Source: Bilabrum cf. latius (taxonomy: Eukaryota). Taken from it: DNA of 64,000 bases. This document shows, piece by piece, positions 23,505-37,243 of the stretch. A model generated the notes under the pieces. It saw only the letters and a program-made list of their open reading frames with translations, was not told the DNA's origin and ran no database searches. Each line of letters opens with the position of its first letter. Position 1 is the first letter of the stretch. The position numbers were made by a program, and so were the translations under genes. Location of the stretch: positions 1 to 64,000 of the forward strand of contig OZ237755.1 of assembly GCA_965178125.1 (NCBI GenBank). Reading direction: 5' to 3'.

Positions 23505-26500
23505 TTAGGTCCCCCCTTCAAGTGCATTCTTGGCCCAGGCTGGGATCTGCCTTGGCACGCGCCCTGGTCTTCGCCTGCGTCGACCCGCATCGCGGTGCTC
23601 TGCAGCTCTTGCCCCAGGCCCTCGACGAGAAGGTGCACGCGAGGCATCTTGAACTACTCCACGGGTTGTACCTTTCTGCGTTCTAGTTTGCGAGTGTGTA
23701 CTGGTAGCAGCTGCCGTTGCCCCGGATACACCCACTGGCTGGTCAGTCCTAGCCGCTTGTTGCAATCGTGCTCGTGGCCGTACGCTGCCACCGGCAGCAC
23801 CACCGGCCAACTATGAGGAGGAGTGCGCTCGGAAGGGTGCGGCCAGCTCGGCGGGATCCATACCCATGCCCCCCAGCTGTAGGCCCCCACCGGCAGGTGC
23901 TACCAATGAGCCTGGGCCAGACCCGCGCGGCAGGCCGTGGCCACGGTGGTCCGGGGCTCGCCCCTACCTTGAGCGGTGCCCTGTACTAGTGGCATGACCT
24001 CTGGAGCGGGGACTCGGCTCAGCTCCGTGACTCATGCGCGGCGGGACTGGATGCCTGGCTCCGGGCCGGTGCTGGTGGGACTCAGCGCGAGCTCGGTCTC
24101 TCAGGCCTCTCATACCACCCGCGCCGATACCCGCGTCCATCGTGCTTCTGCCGGGGACGCCGCTTCCCTACAATCGAGCCATCTCATAGACATTGCGTAG
24201 CACTGCAGAAGAGGGTTGAGAGGACGTGTTCGCACCGTGGGTGGCTGAAAACCCTGCAGAAGCACGCACCTGGGATTCCCGCTGCGTGCGCGGGGGCTCA
24301 TGCTCAATCGTAGTTCGGCCAGACTCGTGCACAGCTGGCAGCGTTGGTGTCGATGGGTCCCATGCCCTCCTGCCACTCGAAGCTGACTCGCGACTACCAA
24401 GCCGAGAACCCTGGCGCGAGCCATGGTGAGACCCCGCCCGGGACGCCTCCTGCTGTGATCGGTACGACTCCACCTCCCACCTGTCCGAGTCTGCCCCACT
24501 GCTCCGAGCGGATGCAATGGGGGGTGCTCTGGGCTGTTGCTCTGTAGCCACATCAATGGAAGGCAGCTGCACGTGATAACCAGATGCATGGCTACCGCGA
24601 GGTAAGGGAGAACGTGTGGCGTAGTCGGGCACCTATGGCCCGCTGACCCTTTTGGCGACGTCCTAGCTGCCGACATCTTCAGGTTGCACAAAGTGGTCAT
24701 CCAACCCGCTTGCTTTCCCAGGGCCCGGTCCAGCCCGCGACTCCGTCGATGGACTACCACCGTGGAGCATCGGGCCACTACTCGCGACGGCGGTGTCATC
24801 CCCTAGCTGCAGGCCAGCCTGTGAGGGCATCGGCCCGAGGAATTGGTCCACGTCAATGTCTCCCATATCAGACCAAGCAAGGGTAACTCCGTCCTTCTTG
24901 CTCAACAGATCTAGCAGGCCGGCCCAGCCTCGCCGCTACAATCTCAGGCGAACAGAATATCCCCTCCAACGAGACTACACCAGAACAGCTGCCTGCCAAG
25001 CGCGGGCCGCGGCCTGCATCAGCGGGTTCGAAGGAGCGCTTCGGGCAGCGGCGCCGCGCACCAGAGCCTGCATCAGCACAGCCGCCCTCCTCCACGACCG
25101 AATACACCGGTATGCACGCCCCAAACGAACGATGGCGAGACTAAATCTCTCAATGACGCGGGCGGCTGACCTCTCGAGCCTTGACCTAGCCTGGCGCTTC
25201 GAGCGACGGGCCAGTTCCCGCGCCTGCCACCCGCGGAAGACCGCCTGCATCCTATTCGCAGCTAGTCTCTGCTTCTCCATGAGCAGCAAGCGCGCGCGCC
25301 GACAGTGGGTGCGCTGTAGCATGCGGCGCCAGCATCCCTGCAGCATCCGCGCAGCCCTGTCCTGCAGCTGCATCTCCTGCGCTCGGAACAGCCTGCCCAC
25401 AACCCTCGCGCTGTGGCCTCGCCAGGCGCGTAGAATCATTGCATGCGCAACTTGCTGCCGCTATATTTCGGCTGCTCGTTGGGCACGCTGCTCCTGCCTT
25501 CTGCGCTCCTACTCGCGTGCCCGTGCAGCATCGATCGCTGCCAGCTCGGCAAGCCAGGACTCTCGCCGCCGCTCGGCTGCACGCCTCCCAAGCACACCTC
25601 GCCACAGCTTCTGCACCGCCAGGGCGCCCGCATGCGAGGATCGCGCGTGATTGACATGAATCCGCGCCAGCATACCCCGCCAGATGCTCTGCACCGCAAC
25701 TGCCGCATCGTGCCGCAAACGAGCCACCCTTCGCATCTGGGCTGCAGCGCGCTGCTCCTGCAGCTCCTCCAGCCTCCGCATCGCGGCCCGGGCCTCTCGC
25801 TCGTAAGCTAGCGCTACCTCGTCCTGTACCTCATCTAGGGTAGAGCCTGTCTCTGTAGAGCCGCTGTCTTTGGATTTAGGGGGGCGACTTCCAGGGGACT
25901 CCGGTGCGGGGCTGGTGGTGGGTCTGCTCGCCGCGCTCGAGCTAGCGGGGGGTGGAGTCTGCGCTTGCGGGCCACTTGCAGCTACCAAAGATGCATCGGT
26001 GGCATTTGTTTCCGCTGGTGTGGGCGGGGTTAGGCTCTGCTTCACTGGGAAGTGCGTTGGTCTCGGACGTCCCCTTCTAAGTGCAAGTTCGTCTTCCGCG
26101 GTCGGCTGCAGCTTGCGCTCATCAGCTTCGAGAGATTTGGACGATTCTGCAGCCTACAGCACCGTCTGCTACAGTCGGCCGATTGATTGCTCTGTGCCTT
26201 GCAGCAATGTCTGCGGAAGCTCAGCCAACTCAGCATCAACAACTGAGCCGCCTGTCGCGTTGCTTTCGCCGACGCCATATTTTTCCTTCCGCTTGGTTCC
26301 TCGGCCATGCTATCTACTCAATGACTGGAATATGACCTACTAGATCTCATCGCTGATATCGTTAGTTTCGTCGAATGGTTGGAGAGGGTGCTTGTCGTGT
26401 GAAGAGGCAGCGTCGCTGACGCTCGTCTCCTTGGGTTCCATAGGTTCGATACTAGGCTGACTAAGCGGAATTTGCCAACGAGCATTTAGAAGACTCAGCG

Positions 26501-26778
26501 CACGCTGCGTTTCTTTCTCGCGATCGCGGCTCTGGTCAAGCCATTCCCGTTCAAGATCTCGAACGCTTGCATAGCTGTCGACCGTGCCATCTGCCTGCTC
26601 TATCGGCAAAGCACTTCCGTAGTCGTCTTTGTAATCGCCAGATACTGTCTCTAAGTCTCGAAGGAGCTCATCTTCCTGCGGAATGCGGCAGAACTTGTGC
26701 CATTACATTTTGTAGTTGCAACGGATCGGAAAGTTTGCCAGTATGAGGTTGGCTATATCTCACGAGGCTATCCACCAT
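23505..26778 (-). CDS. Multi-IQ-motif (calmodulin-binding) protein; intron 26676-26763
   Basis: About 7 IQ-like motifs: VQSIWRG, VQKLWRG, LRAWRG, LQGCWRR, MQAVFRG, MQALVRG, V(TAG)SRWRG. Six track ORFs share one frame; ends TAA 23505. Confidence 0.8.
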
Positions 26779-27031
26779 GCTACGATTCGATCACAAACAC
26801 ATTCTACGCCACTATGCGTCGATTGATGACATCTAAAGATACGAATTAAGAAGCTGGAGGCCACAACACACACGCCACACTAGTGCTGATGAGTGCCGAC
26901 ATGATGCCAGTAATACAATATGTCTTGATACGACATTAGCTGCTCAACAAATAACAATACTATCGATGCCAACATTAAGCGAGCTGCCGCCGGAACATCG
27001 GGGGCACGCAGTCACGCTGCACTTGGTACGG

Positions 27032-28439
27032 TCACGAGCTGCTGCCGGGCTTGGCAGCTGTGGCCATCGAAGAGCTGCCCCCCCCGCCGGCCCTTGCTGC
27101 CCCAATGGGACCTTCAGCTGCACCTGGAGGAACCACAGGAGCCCCTGCTCCAGCACTCGCCGGCATGAGCTTCTCGATGAGGTCCCGCCTGCCCCCCAGC
27201 TCCCCTTCGTCAAATACGAATAGAGAGGCGGGCAAAGGTTCTCCGCTGGGCAGGGACACCTTCCCTTCCCTAAGATCATCGAAGTACGGGTGAGCGCATG
27301 CCTCAATAGCACTGATCCGCTCATCTGGGCTATACACTAGCATGCGCTTGATCAGGTCCACGGCAGCAGGTTCCGGCTCAGCATCCGCGAATACATCCTT
27401 CCAGTCTTGCCCGGCGAGGTTCGGAAATGAGTTTTTCTTATAGTGGGGGTTCATGAGGAAAATCTGCTGCTTAGTCGGGGTCCCCAGCACCTTGATAATC
27501 TCGACAAGCTGGTCAACCGCACTCTCGCCTCGAAAGAGGGGCTGCAGCAGCAACATCTCCGCAAAAACGCAGCCTGCTGACCACACGTCAATCTTTGGAG
27601 TGTAGTCAGTTGCTCCAAATATCAGCTCGGGGGCGCGGTAGTACCTTGAACAAATGTACGCAACGTTCGCTTGACCTCGCACGAGCTTCTTCGCCGACCC
27701 AAAGTCACAAAGCTTGAGAACCCCGCTCCTAGGATCAACGAGCAGGTTCTGGGGCTTTATGTCACGGTGGCAAATGTCGTACGAATGCACGTACGCCAAC
27801 GACCGACACATCTGGTACGTGAAGAGCTTCACGAGGGACGCAGGCATTAGCTATTTTGCCTTGTAGTAGTGGCGGCAGACCCTGTAAACAGTCTCAGGCA
27901 CATACTCCAGGACTAAATTCAAGTAGACATCATCCGATGACCCGCCTTTGCTATAGAAGCTGTGCTTCAATCCAACGACGTTCGGGTGGGAGACGCTCTG
28001 CATGATTTGCAGCTCACGATTCTGCGATGAAAGCCAAACGAGACATCAGTCAAGTTGTCGTGACAAACAGTGGATGTAATTATGAGACCCACTCCTTGAT
28101 ATGAAGTAAAACTAACCTTGAAACGCCTGTCCTGGAGCACCTTCTTGACAGCAACTTTGTCACCCGATGGCTCGATTTGTGCTAGGAATACGACTCCGAA
28201 AGATCCGTTTCCAATCACACTCTTTGCAGAGTACTTTAGGATACACTGCGAGACAGTAAATACGAGTCTAGCGCGCAAATTGTTCGAAATAGTCCGCGAC
28301 CCGTTGCAAGGTCGAACTGCGCACGTCCACAATAACTACTCCGTCTTACACCGCCTTTAGGATCCTATGATGGCTTCATTAGATCTTTATGATTGCCTGG
28401 TGGGCCATCATCTTCGTAATCTCGCCCTACTGCTGCCAT
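27032..28439 (-). CDS. GSK3: Glycogen synthase kinase-3/shaggy kinase; introns 28246-28349 and 28022-28116
   Basis: [37 protein letters not shown](TAG)[36 protein letters not shown]. Ends TGA. Confidence 0.97.
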
Positions 28440-28597
28440 ATCTGGCCTTTGTGTGTTGCTCACTCACGCGGGTGCAGCTTGAGTACCCAGAGGGAATGTG
28501 GGGTCAACTACCCCAAAATTCGAGGGGTGAGTGGTTGCAACCGAAAACCAGGCACCCGTTGGGCGGACTCGGCCGAACTGCGGCAGTGCTTCTAGCC

Positions 28598-31500
28598 ATG
28601 AACGAATAGGAAGCACAGCTAATTGTTTTATTATCGATAGCTGCATTGGACGATAAGACTTTCGCAACCCTTCGAAAGAAATGGGCTTTTGAGCATGGCC
28701 TTACTGCTGCATCTGGCAAATATCTCGAGCCACCAGCTCTTGCAAGCGACTTTGCTCGCGATATGCACACGGATCTCGATGCTCTAGCGCCAGGTAAGAA
28801 CTAACCCTCTCAAAATGATTTTGAACAGCCATGGCTAGGAATTTTGTGGGTCGTGTAGCGGTGAATCTTCGCATCGCAGACAGTGACGAGGTCACAGTCT
28901 CAAACCTGTGGGTATATCTCAGCGACCTGGATGTTCACATAACTCCAACGTTGAGCGATCGTGGAAAGGCGTTGAGCGAGCGCTAGGACGAGCTGCAAGA
29001 GCTGATAGGTCGAGCAGCCCTGGCGTTCTGCAGCAAAGAGTCCCTCCCTCCGGCAAGCGTAGAGAGCATGCCGCTGCAAGATCTTGCGAAGAAGTCAATA
29101 GTTCTATCAAAGTTTACTTCTCTTCTTGATCAGATCGCGGAAGGCAAGATTAGTACGGCCGAAGCGATGCCGGTGTATTGGAGATGCTTGGCATCTGCCA
29201 GCCTGCCATTCTAGGGGAAAGTTTACAGTGTAGGAACCAAAATTAAGGCGCGGTGGAGGGGGAGAAAGAAAAAGAAGTGGTTCTTTGGCAATATCACTGC
29301 TGTTCGCTTTGCCAAGTGGGAGTCAAGCACCAGCTCGGCTGCAGGTGTGCAGACGTCCCCCACTGCTGACGACTCGAGTGGAATCCCCCTCTACGACATT
29401 TACTACCCGGCTGATAAAGACAAAGACGAGCTTATTTGGCCACACCACGTGTGCGAGAGGGACACACCTATCGCGGTCAATGACGCCTTGTTCGCTGGAG
29501 GCAAGGAAGGCCGCGACCACGACGACGCAGTGCGCGCCATCGTGGCATGCGCACCTGCCGCACAGTCAGGGGATGGCATGGCGATTCCAGCTAAATCGGA
29601 GGTTAAAGCGCACCCTGACGCAAGCACATCAAGTACCGCAGCCCAGGGCGGGGCAGACAGATTATCTCAGGAGAGCAGCAGCGGGGGCAGCAAGGACTAG
29701 GACAAGAGCAAGGACACGGCGGTGGATCCAAGCGAGGACGAGGATGATGCTACCACGCAGGGCACTATCAGCCCGCGGGACGGTCCCGACGGTCTAGTGG
29801 GCCCCGCCCCTGCCACTTCAGCCTCCACGTCTCCGAGGCCAGGGGACGATGCGGCCGAGCCCAAGCCCTCCGGCAAGGACAAAGGAGGCGAGAGTGGCCC
29901 GAAGTCCTCGAGGGGTTCCAGCGCGACGAAGCGGTCTGACAGCAGGGGGAGCTCGGCCGCAGGATCGAAGCCTCCGAAGCACGTCAGGCCGGGGGCCGAC
30001 AAGGGCGAGGACAAGTAGGGCTCGGCTGCAGAGGACCGCCCGAAGGCGCCTGCAGGCCGGCGCCCTGCTTCTGCGCGTGATTCTGGGCGGAAATCGCCTC
30101 GTACTAGACTTGGCACCGGAAAAGGGGACAAGGCCAAGGGTGGTGACAAGAGCCCGCGCGCAAGCACGACAAGCACAGACATGGAGGGGGGGCAAAGCGA
30201 GGACGGCGACTCAATCGTGCGAGGCTTCCGGTCCGCGCTGGCCCAGGGCAGCGCCCCTAGCGTGGAGGCTCTCTTCGCTGCCCTGGACAGCACGGGAGAC
30301 GGGCGCCTGAGTGCCAAGGAGCTGCTGCGGGCCAGCGAGGTACTGGGGGTGCCTGCCACGGAGAGCCAGCTGGAGGAGCTGATCCGCAAGCACGATCCTG
30401 ATGGATCTGGGGAACTGGATGCAGACGAGTTTGCACTTATGTGTGCGCCGAAACCCGCAGTCTCTGGGGCGGGTGGGGACGAAGACTAGGAGGATAAATC
30501 CAGGTGGACACTGCGAGTTGGAGACGCGAGGCAAGACGAGGCATCTGGCTCTGGATAGGAGGGAGGCGGGTCCAGGGCGGAGCGCGTTGCGCGAGCGATC
30601 CGTGACTCGGAGCCGATTCGTCAGGTCAGGGACAAGGTACGGAAGGCGTTGCGAGATCGCACGACCGAGGATGACAGAGAGGGCTCGCTCGAGTTTCTGG
30701 AGAAGGTCTTCGCTGCACTGGACAGCGACTCAAGCGGGGCGATCTCGCCCAAGGAACTGCAGCAGGCGGCCCGAAAGCTGGGTGTGTCGGACGGCATTTC
30801 CTCGGTTGAGGCCCGAGAGCTGTGCAAGGCACTGTCTGGTCGAGGCGAGAAAGCGGGCGGCAGGTCATCATCATCATCATCATCATCATCATCCGCTTCG
30901 GACGGCGTGCAGTTCGAGGACTTTGCCCTGCTGGTCCTCTTGCCCTAGTCGCGGGTCGACGGGCCAAGTGGCAGTGCTGCAGCTGGTCGGGGATTACATC
31001 GAGGTAGGGCGCACCGGGGCGGGTCACTGGTCGGGGGCCGTGAGTCGGCGTTGCGTGGCGGGCGGCAGGTCGAAGACGAAGACTCGGCGGATGCGGCAGG
31101 CCCTGGATAGCACCCATTGGACGCAGGCTGGCCCCCAGAGACGATCAGCGAGCGGCAGGCCAGCGCCATCGAAGACGCCTGCGAACGTCTCGCGGAAGCT
31201 GTCCGCGACTCGGCCCATGTGGACGATCTGTACGACAAGCTGATTGCCAGGAGCCGAGCAGAGTTGGCAGCAGAGATGCGTCAGACCCGAGGGCGGTCCT
31301 ATTCCTCGATCGGGGCCCGCTTGCCCACTGCTCCGTCCTGGTGGCAGCCCTCCGGCTGGCAGGAAGAGGAGGACCTAGAGCAGCTCGGCGTGCTCGAGAG
31401 GTCCAGGTCCAACGCGAGGAGGAGACCGAAGCTATACGGCGGACGGGATTCCCGGGAGGGCCAGTCTGCTGCTCGAAGGAAAATGGGCAGCGTGTCGCTG

Positions 31501-34500
31501 CTGGGTCTGTTCCAGGTGCTGGAGGAGATCGGAGTCACCAGCAGCCTGTCCCCCACCCGCGAGGAGGAGCGCTGGGCCACGGGCGAGCGTGATCGACAAA
31601 GAGGCAGGTCGTCTAGTCGCGGGTCGCCCTCGACCGCCGAGCTGGTGCTTGCGAGAGGCACGCGGCTGTCGCAGCTTCGGCTTGCCGGTGCTGAAGGCGA
31701 GACAAGTAGGCTGAACGGCGACAGTGCAGCTCGGATAGATGCCCAGCGATTCCTCGCTATGGTGCGGAGGTGCAACAAAGGAAGGAGCGGAGGTGGAGGG
31801 GGCAAGCTTGGCCGACGGGTTGCAGAGAAGTTTGAGAGGGCTGTTCGGTAGTGTGTCCGCCGCAGCAAGGCCCACGGCCTTCCCGACATCCAGCCCGTCA
31901 GTCTTTCGGCCAAAGCGAGCTCAGGAAGATCGGCAGCAAAAGGCAGGCGGGGATCGCATCCTTTCAGCAAGTCAGACTACAGCCGGAACCTACCTTCATC
32001 TACCGTTGACTCGCTTGTCGACTTGGACTCGGGTCGCATCCGGCATCCCGTGGATCTGCTGCTGGTTGCCATCCGCAGACACGAGCTGCTTGGGAGGTAT
32101 CAGGAGTCCAGGCGAGATGGGAGACTGTCTCAAGAAGAGGTGGAGGAGGAAGAGGCAGAGGATGCAGTGATTGCAAAGCTAGCTGGGGCCCGCCTGCGAG
32201 CAGCAGACCTCCGGCGCATGCGGGATCAGCTGCAGGAGAGGGAGAGCGCGGGAGCATCCGCGGGTTCAGGCAAGCTGTCAACCGAGGACAATCCAGCGGC
32301 CAGACTGCTTCTTGGGCTCTCGGTTGGCGAAACCAAGGTGCTGCTGGGAGCCGTGTAGCTGCAGTGCACCAATGCTGAAGTAGCTGCGTTCGTGTGCCAC
32401 CTGGACGGCGACGGTGACGGCGTGCTGAGCGGCCATGAAGTGCTGTCCCTCACCGAGACGGGGGAAGCTGAGGGGGAAGCGGGCAAGGACACTGCGGACC
32501 GATCGCCTCGGGGGGAGCGCGAGGCCGACATGGATAAAAGAGATAGTCGGGACGGAGACAGGTCCAACAGAAGGCGGAATGAGCTGGAGGGGCGCCGCCG
32601 CACGGATAACACCTCCATGCTTCGAGCCCTTGAGGACGTGGAGAGCAGCGTGACGAGCTCGGTTGGGAGGAGCACAAGAAGGGTAATTCGTGAGGCATCC
32701 AAGAGGGAGGCCCGCAAGCTGGATGCCGGCCAGCTTGATGTCGCTTCGAGGGTTGTGCTGCCTTCTTTGCCGCGTGAAGCGCGCGGCCAGCTAGACCACA
32801 TGTGCCGGGGTCTGGAGCGGGCCCGCGTCTTGGACAAGGTGGTCCGATCTGCGGCCAGTGCCTTCCGGGACGGCAGGTATCGCGAGTTACGACCGCACTT
32901 TCCGGAGTCCAGGAGGGATCGATCGCAGCATGATATTGACGTGGACAGCACCAAGGGCAAGACTGCTTTAGCGGAACTCGCCTTCCGGGTCTTGACGGTC
33001 AGCGCAATGCATAGCGGAGACCGAGACGAACTTGGCAGGAGCCCGAGAGATCGGCGCAGGTCTCCGCGTAGTCGCAGCCCGCGACCCGACGCGCGACGGA
33101 TAGCCGACCGGGTGCTAGAGAATCTGGAAGCCGGGCTGAGGTGCAGTCTTGGCCGCAGCGACAGGACAGACGTGGAAGATGCTGTGCGTCGGGGCGTGGA
33201 CAGGTTGGCCGAAGCCCCGAGTGGACTTGCAGAGCTCGTGGCAGGCTTGCTCGCCGCCCCACAGGCAATGGTGCTCGCTGCATTCTGTGCAGAGGAGATT
33301 CGAGTTGCCTCAGAAGACACCGATGCTGCCGAGGAGTTCCTGAGCGCCGCTCGACGCGCGGGGCGAGAGTTGCAGGAGGAGGAGGAGGAAGGAGAGGGAG
33401 GCAGCAGTCGCCGTGCCAGAGGCCGCAGCTCGTACAGTCCGGAGCGGACTTGGAGGAGCCGCGACTCCAAGGTGCCAAGGGAGCAGTACCGGCTGGCCCA
33501 AGCAGCCTTGCGGAGGCTGAAGCGGTTCTGGAGAAGGCAGCAGCGGCACAGCAGCGGGTCCGGCCGCATGAGCCGGCTGGATGCCAAGGACCTCGCGCGA
33601 TCGCTGGACTCGAATTAGGATGGCAAGATATCCAGGTCTGAGTTCATGCGCTGGCTGGACCGGGAAGCGAGAGGCTCCAGGCACGGGACCGACTTGCAGC
33701 TGTCGCGGGACGAGAAGGACGCTCTGTGGGCTGTGTGTGACTCGGGCGATCGGGATGCTGTGCGCACAAGGGACTTTGTGGCTATCTGCGTGGGTTCACC
33801 AGATCTCAGCCACCTAGATATTGAAGCCAGCAGGGACGAAGAGAGGCTGTCCAGGTGGGAGGGCGACGGCATGCGCAAGCGGTATCGCAGGGAGGACGAC
33901 GGAGAGGGCGGAGGGCGGTACTATAAGCGGTACGGCCGCCGTGAGGACGAATCTCGCGAGGACCGAGATCGTCGCTGGAAGGACAGAATCGAAGCAGTCC
34001 GGAAGACCACGCGTGCGGAAGTATCTGCAATGATCCTAAGAAGGATCAGACGGAGACTCGGGAGCGGCGACGTGGAAGGTGGTCTCGTGCAGGTGTTCGA
34101 AGCGGCAGATAAGGACGACAGCGGCTACTTGGGCCGCGATGAGTTCGTGTCAGTGCTGGTAGCATGCGGTGCCGCGGTCAAGTCGGAACGCCGTCAGTTT
34201 GACGAGCAGGAGGGCAGCCCGTATGACCGGTAGCTGTCGCTGATGGATTGCGACCTTCTCTTCTCGGCCTTTGACCACGATGGCGACGGTGCCATGGATC
34301 TGGACGAATTTATCCGCTGGGTGGAATCGGGAGAGGAGTTGCTGGACGAGTGGGAAGAGCAGGAGGAGGCGCAAGAGCTGGAAGCGCAGGAGAGCGGCTG
34401 GGCAAAGAGCAGACGGGACCTCAGCTCGGAGGACCGGCACGCCTACCACAAACGGGCAGAGTAGGGAATGCGCAAGAGGCGGCAAGCGAAAGCCTTGTTA

Positions 34501-37074
34501 CTGATGCAGCGGCAGTTTAAGACGGCGCTGCGCCGGGGCAAGGTACGATCTGTCTCCGAGCTCATGTCGCTGTTCGACGAGGGCAAGGACGGGCGCGTGA
34601 CCGTGGGGGAGTTTGAGAGGAGCCTGGAGCGGGTGGGGGTGAATGTGACCGCCAGGGATTTGTCGGCCATCTCAGAGCGACTTGATAGCAATGGAGATGG
34701 CAACATCTCATCCCGAGAGCTGAAGGAATTGGTGGAAAGTAGGGGGGGCTTCGATCGACTGGAGGAGGAGTTGCGCAGGCCGCTTGTGGAAGAGGATGAC
34801 GACGACAGGTCTGAGCGAGGAGGGCCCAGAAATCGGTCGCGAGGCCGCCGAGACGAGCGTGACGACGACGAAGCCGATGATCGAGGCCGTATGTCGTCCA
34901 GAGACAGGTATGATAGCCGGGGCGGCAGATACGGGGATGGCAGGCGAGATGGAGGTAGTCGGCGGGATAGCAAAGACTGGGGAAATGGCCGCGACAGGAG
35001 GGCGGAAGATCAAGATAGGAGGTGGGAGGATCGAGATAGCAGGGCGTACCAGCTAGACTAGTTTGGTCATGAGAGACGGTACGGCGACTCGCAGCGAATT
35101 GGAGAGGAAGGGAAGTACGACAGCAGAGGGTACGGCGGCAGAGAGCGGTTCAGGGACTCACGGCCATACGACGAGTCGCAGAGATACCGATAGGGCGCGG
35201 GCATCGTGGAAGATGCACGCAGGCGAGACGATAGGCCTGGAAGTGGCGCCATGCTGCAACCGAGAGTCCCCGCTGGTTACGACTTCCCGATGCCCCCGAC
35301 AGGAGCCACTCTCCGAGACGACGTGGTGAGCGGCCTCCCTTCGGGCGGGAAGGACCTGCTTCTTCGTCGCACCGGGTACTCGCGACTGACGGAGAAGCTC
35401 GCTCAAATTAAGACTCAGTGCCAAGAACAGGTCTTAAATGCTTTCGTGTCGGCGACGAGCGGGGGCCGCCGCGATCGGGAAGAGGAACAGCGTGGCGGCG
35501 ATGGCGATGGCGAGGGGAGAGGAAAGGGCACCCCTCTGCCTGACCCACGAGCAGTGCTGCGGTTCCTGATAGAGCAATTCCGCGAGCGAGACACGGGTGG
35601 CAGGGGCGTCCTGCCTCGGCGGACAGTGTTTCAGGTGCTGGCCCGGCTGGGCATAAGGCTGAGTCGGGAGGAGCAGATGTGCATCCGGTCTGCTTACAGA
35701 GTGAGGCACCCCCAGCACGAGAGGCGGCTGCAGATGCTCCGAGCATCCGGAGCCACGCTGGGAGGTGGTGCCTCTAGCGCAGTCCGCACAGGCGATGGGA
35801 CCGTGGCGTCGGTCAACTCGGCAGAGCATGCAGAGCTGGACTACGGCCGCATCGCGTACCTGCTGGCAGCTCCCGGGGCGCACGCCTCTCTCGAGTTGGA
35901 GAGGGTCGAGGAGGAGGCCAGGCGCAGGGCGGGCGCACGATCCTCGGGAAGCAGGGGGCTGAGCGGGGCGTGGACTGGCGGTCTCTCGCTGCCCATGGAC
36001 TCCTTGCTGGGCGACTCTTCGGGGCTGGGGGGCGGCACAGGAGCAACTCGTGGGGGGGCTTCGGGGGATAGGGAGGGCGTTTTAGACTCGCTTGGACTCG
36101 GAGCCGATGGAGATGGTGGTTCGAGGGGACGAGGAGGAGGTGTGGGAGGCTCTGGTGATGCTGCGGCCGCTGGCCTCGCAGTGGGTAGGGCCCCCCTGGA
36201 GAGGCTGGTGGAGGAGATGCTGGGTCGGGATGCTGCGGGTGACTCGCTGGGGGCCTGGCTGCAGACCGGGGGGAGTCGGGTGGAGCGAGTGGCGGTGGCG
36301 ATGCTGGGTCAGTCCCTGACCGCGCTTGAGACCAGGCTAGGCCTGGAGGGGTCTGCCTCGACTGCCATGGGAAGGCTGCTGGACTCACGCATTTCCAGCA
36401 AGACTGCCGAGGAACTGGCAGCGGCGGCTGCGGGCACCGGTTTGCCTGTGCCCATGGGCATGGGCATGGGCATGGGTGTCCCGTCCATTGGCTGGGGCCA
36501 CGGTTCGATGGGACTGTCCATGGCGGGCGGCAGGTGGGTGCCTCCCCACTTGCGCGCCTCTGTTCCCCCTAGGGCAATGGGGACGCATGGAGGCATGGCA
36601 CTGGTGCATGATACCCGTCGATCGGCTGCAGGCCCCCTGCTGCACCCGGACGGTGGCCGTGCAGACAGGGGCAGGGGCAGGGGCAGGGGCAGGGGCGCCA
36701 GTGACCTGGTGAGTGCATCTGAGCTGCGCCGTGCCATCAGGGACCAGGTCGAAAGGAGGCGAGGAGACGAGCGGAGGGGAGACCGCAGACGTGGTGAAGA
36801 AAGGGATCGATCTCCGCCGGGACGGCGCGAAGATGTGCAGGAGGAGGCTATGAGGCTGCTGGACCGGGCACTCGAGGGGCTGCTGGGCCGAGGGGGGGCC
36901 TCCAGGGGATCCTCAGTGCTGGGTGCTGACTCCCGCACACCCTTGGATAGCCGAAGAACGTCTGTTGATGGACTACCTGTTGGTATGCTGGGATCGGGGT
37001 GGTCAGAAGGTACGGTGGTTGTGCAGCTTGGCGCTCGGCTGGAGGCGCACCTCGCTTTCAAGACCAAGGGATGA
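28598..37074 (+). CDS. Giant (~2800 aa) Tudor-like + multi-EF-hand protein with Arg/Asp-rich low-complexity regions; intron 28794-28879
   Basis: Eleven track ORFs lie in the same frame, separated by TAGs. Tudor-like YSVGTKIKARWRG..WFFGNITAV. EF-hand loops DSTGDGRLS, DPDGSGELD, DSDSSGAIS, DGDGDGVLS, DSN(TAG)DGKIS, DKDDSGYLG, DHDGDGAMD, DEGKDGRVT, DSNGDGNIS. Ends TGA. Confidence 0.85.
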
Positions 37075-37243
37075 CGATTGCGTTTGCGAGCGGAGAATGG
37101 CGCGTATATTCAATCAAGCTACGAGCACCAAATGGAAGATGAACATGAAATTGATATGTGAGGAGCACACCTGTGCTTTTGAGCTGCATTTGCCAAGAGT
37201 ACAGCTTAATATAGTGGAGGCTACAATCCTTTGCTTTTGCAGG

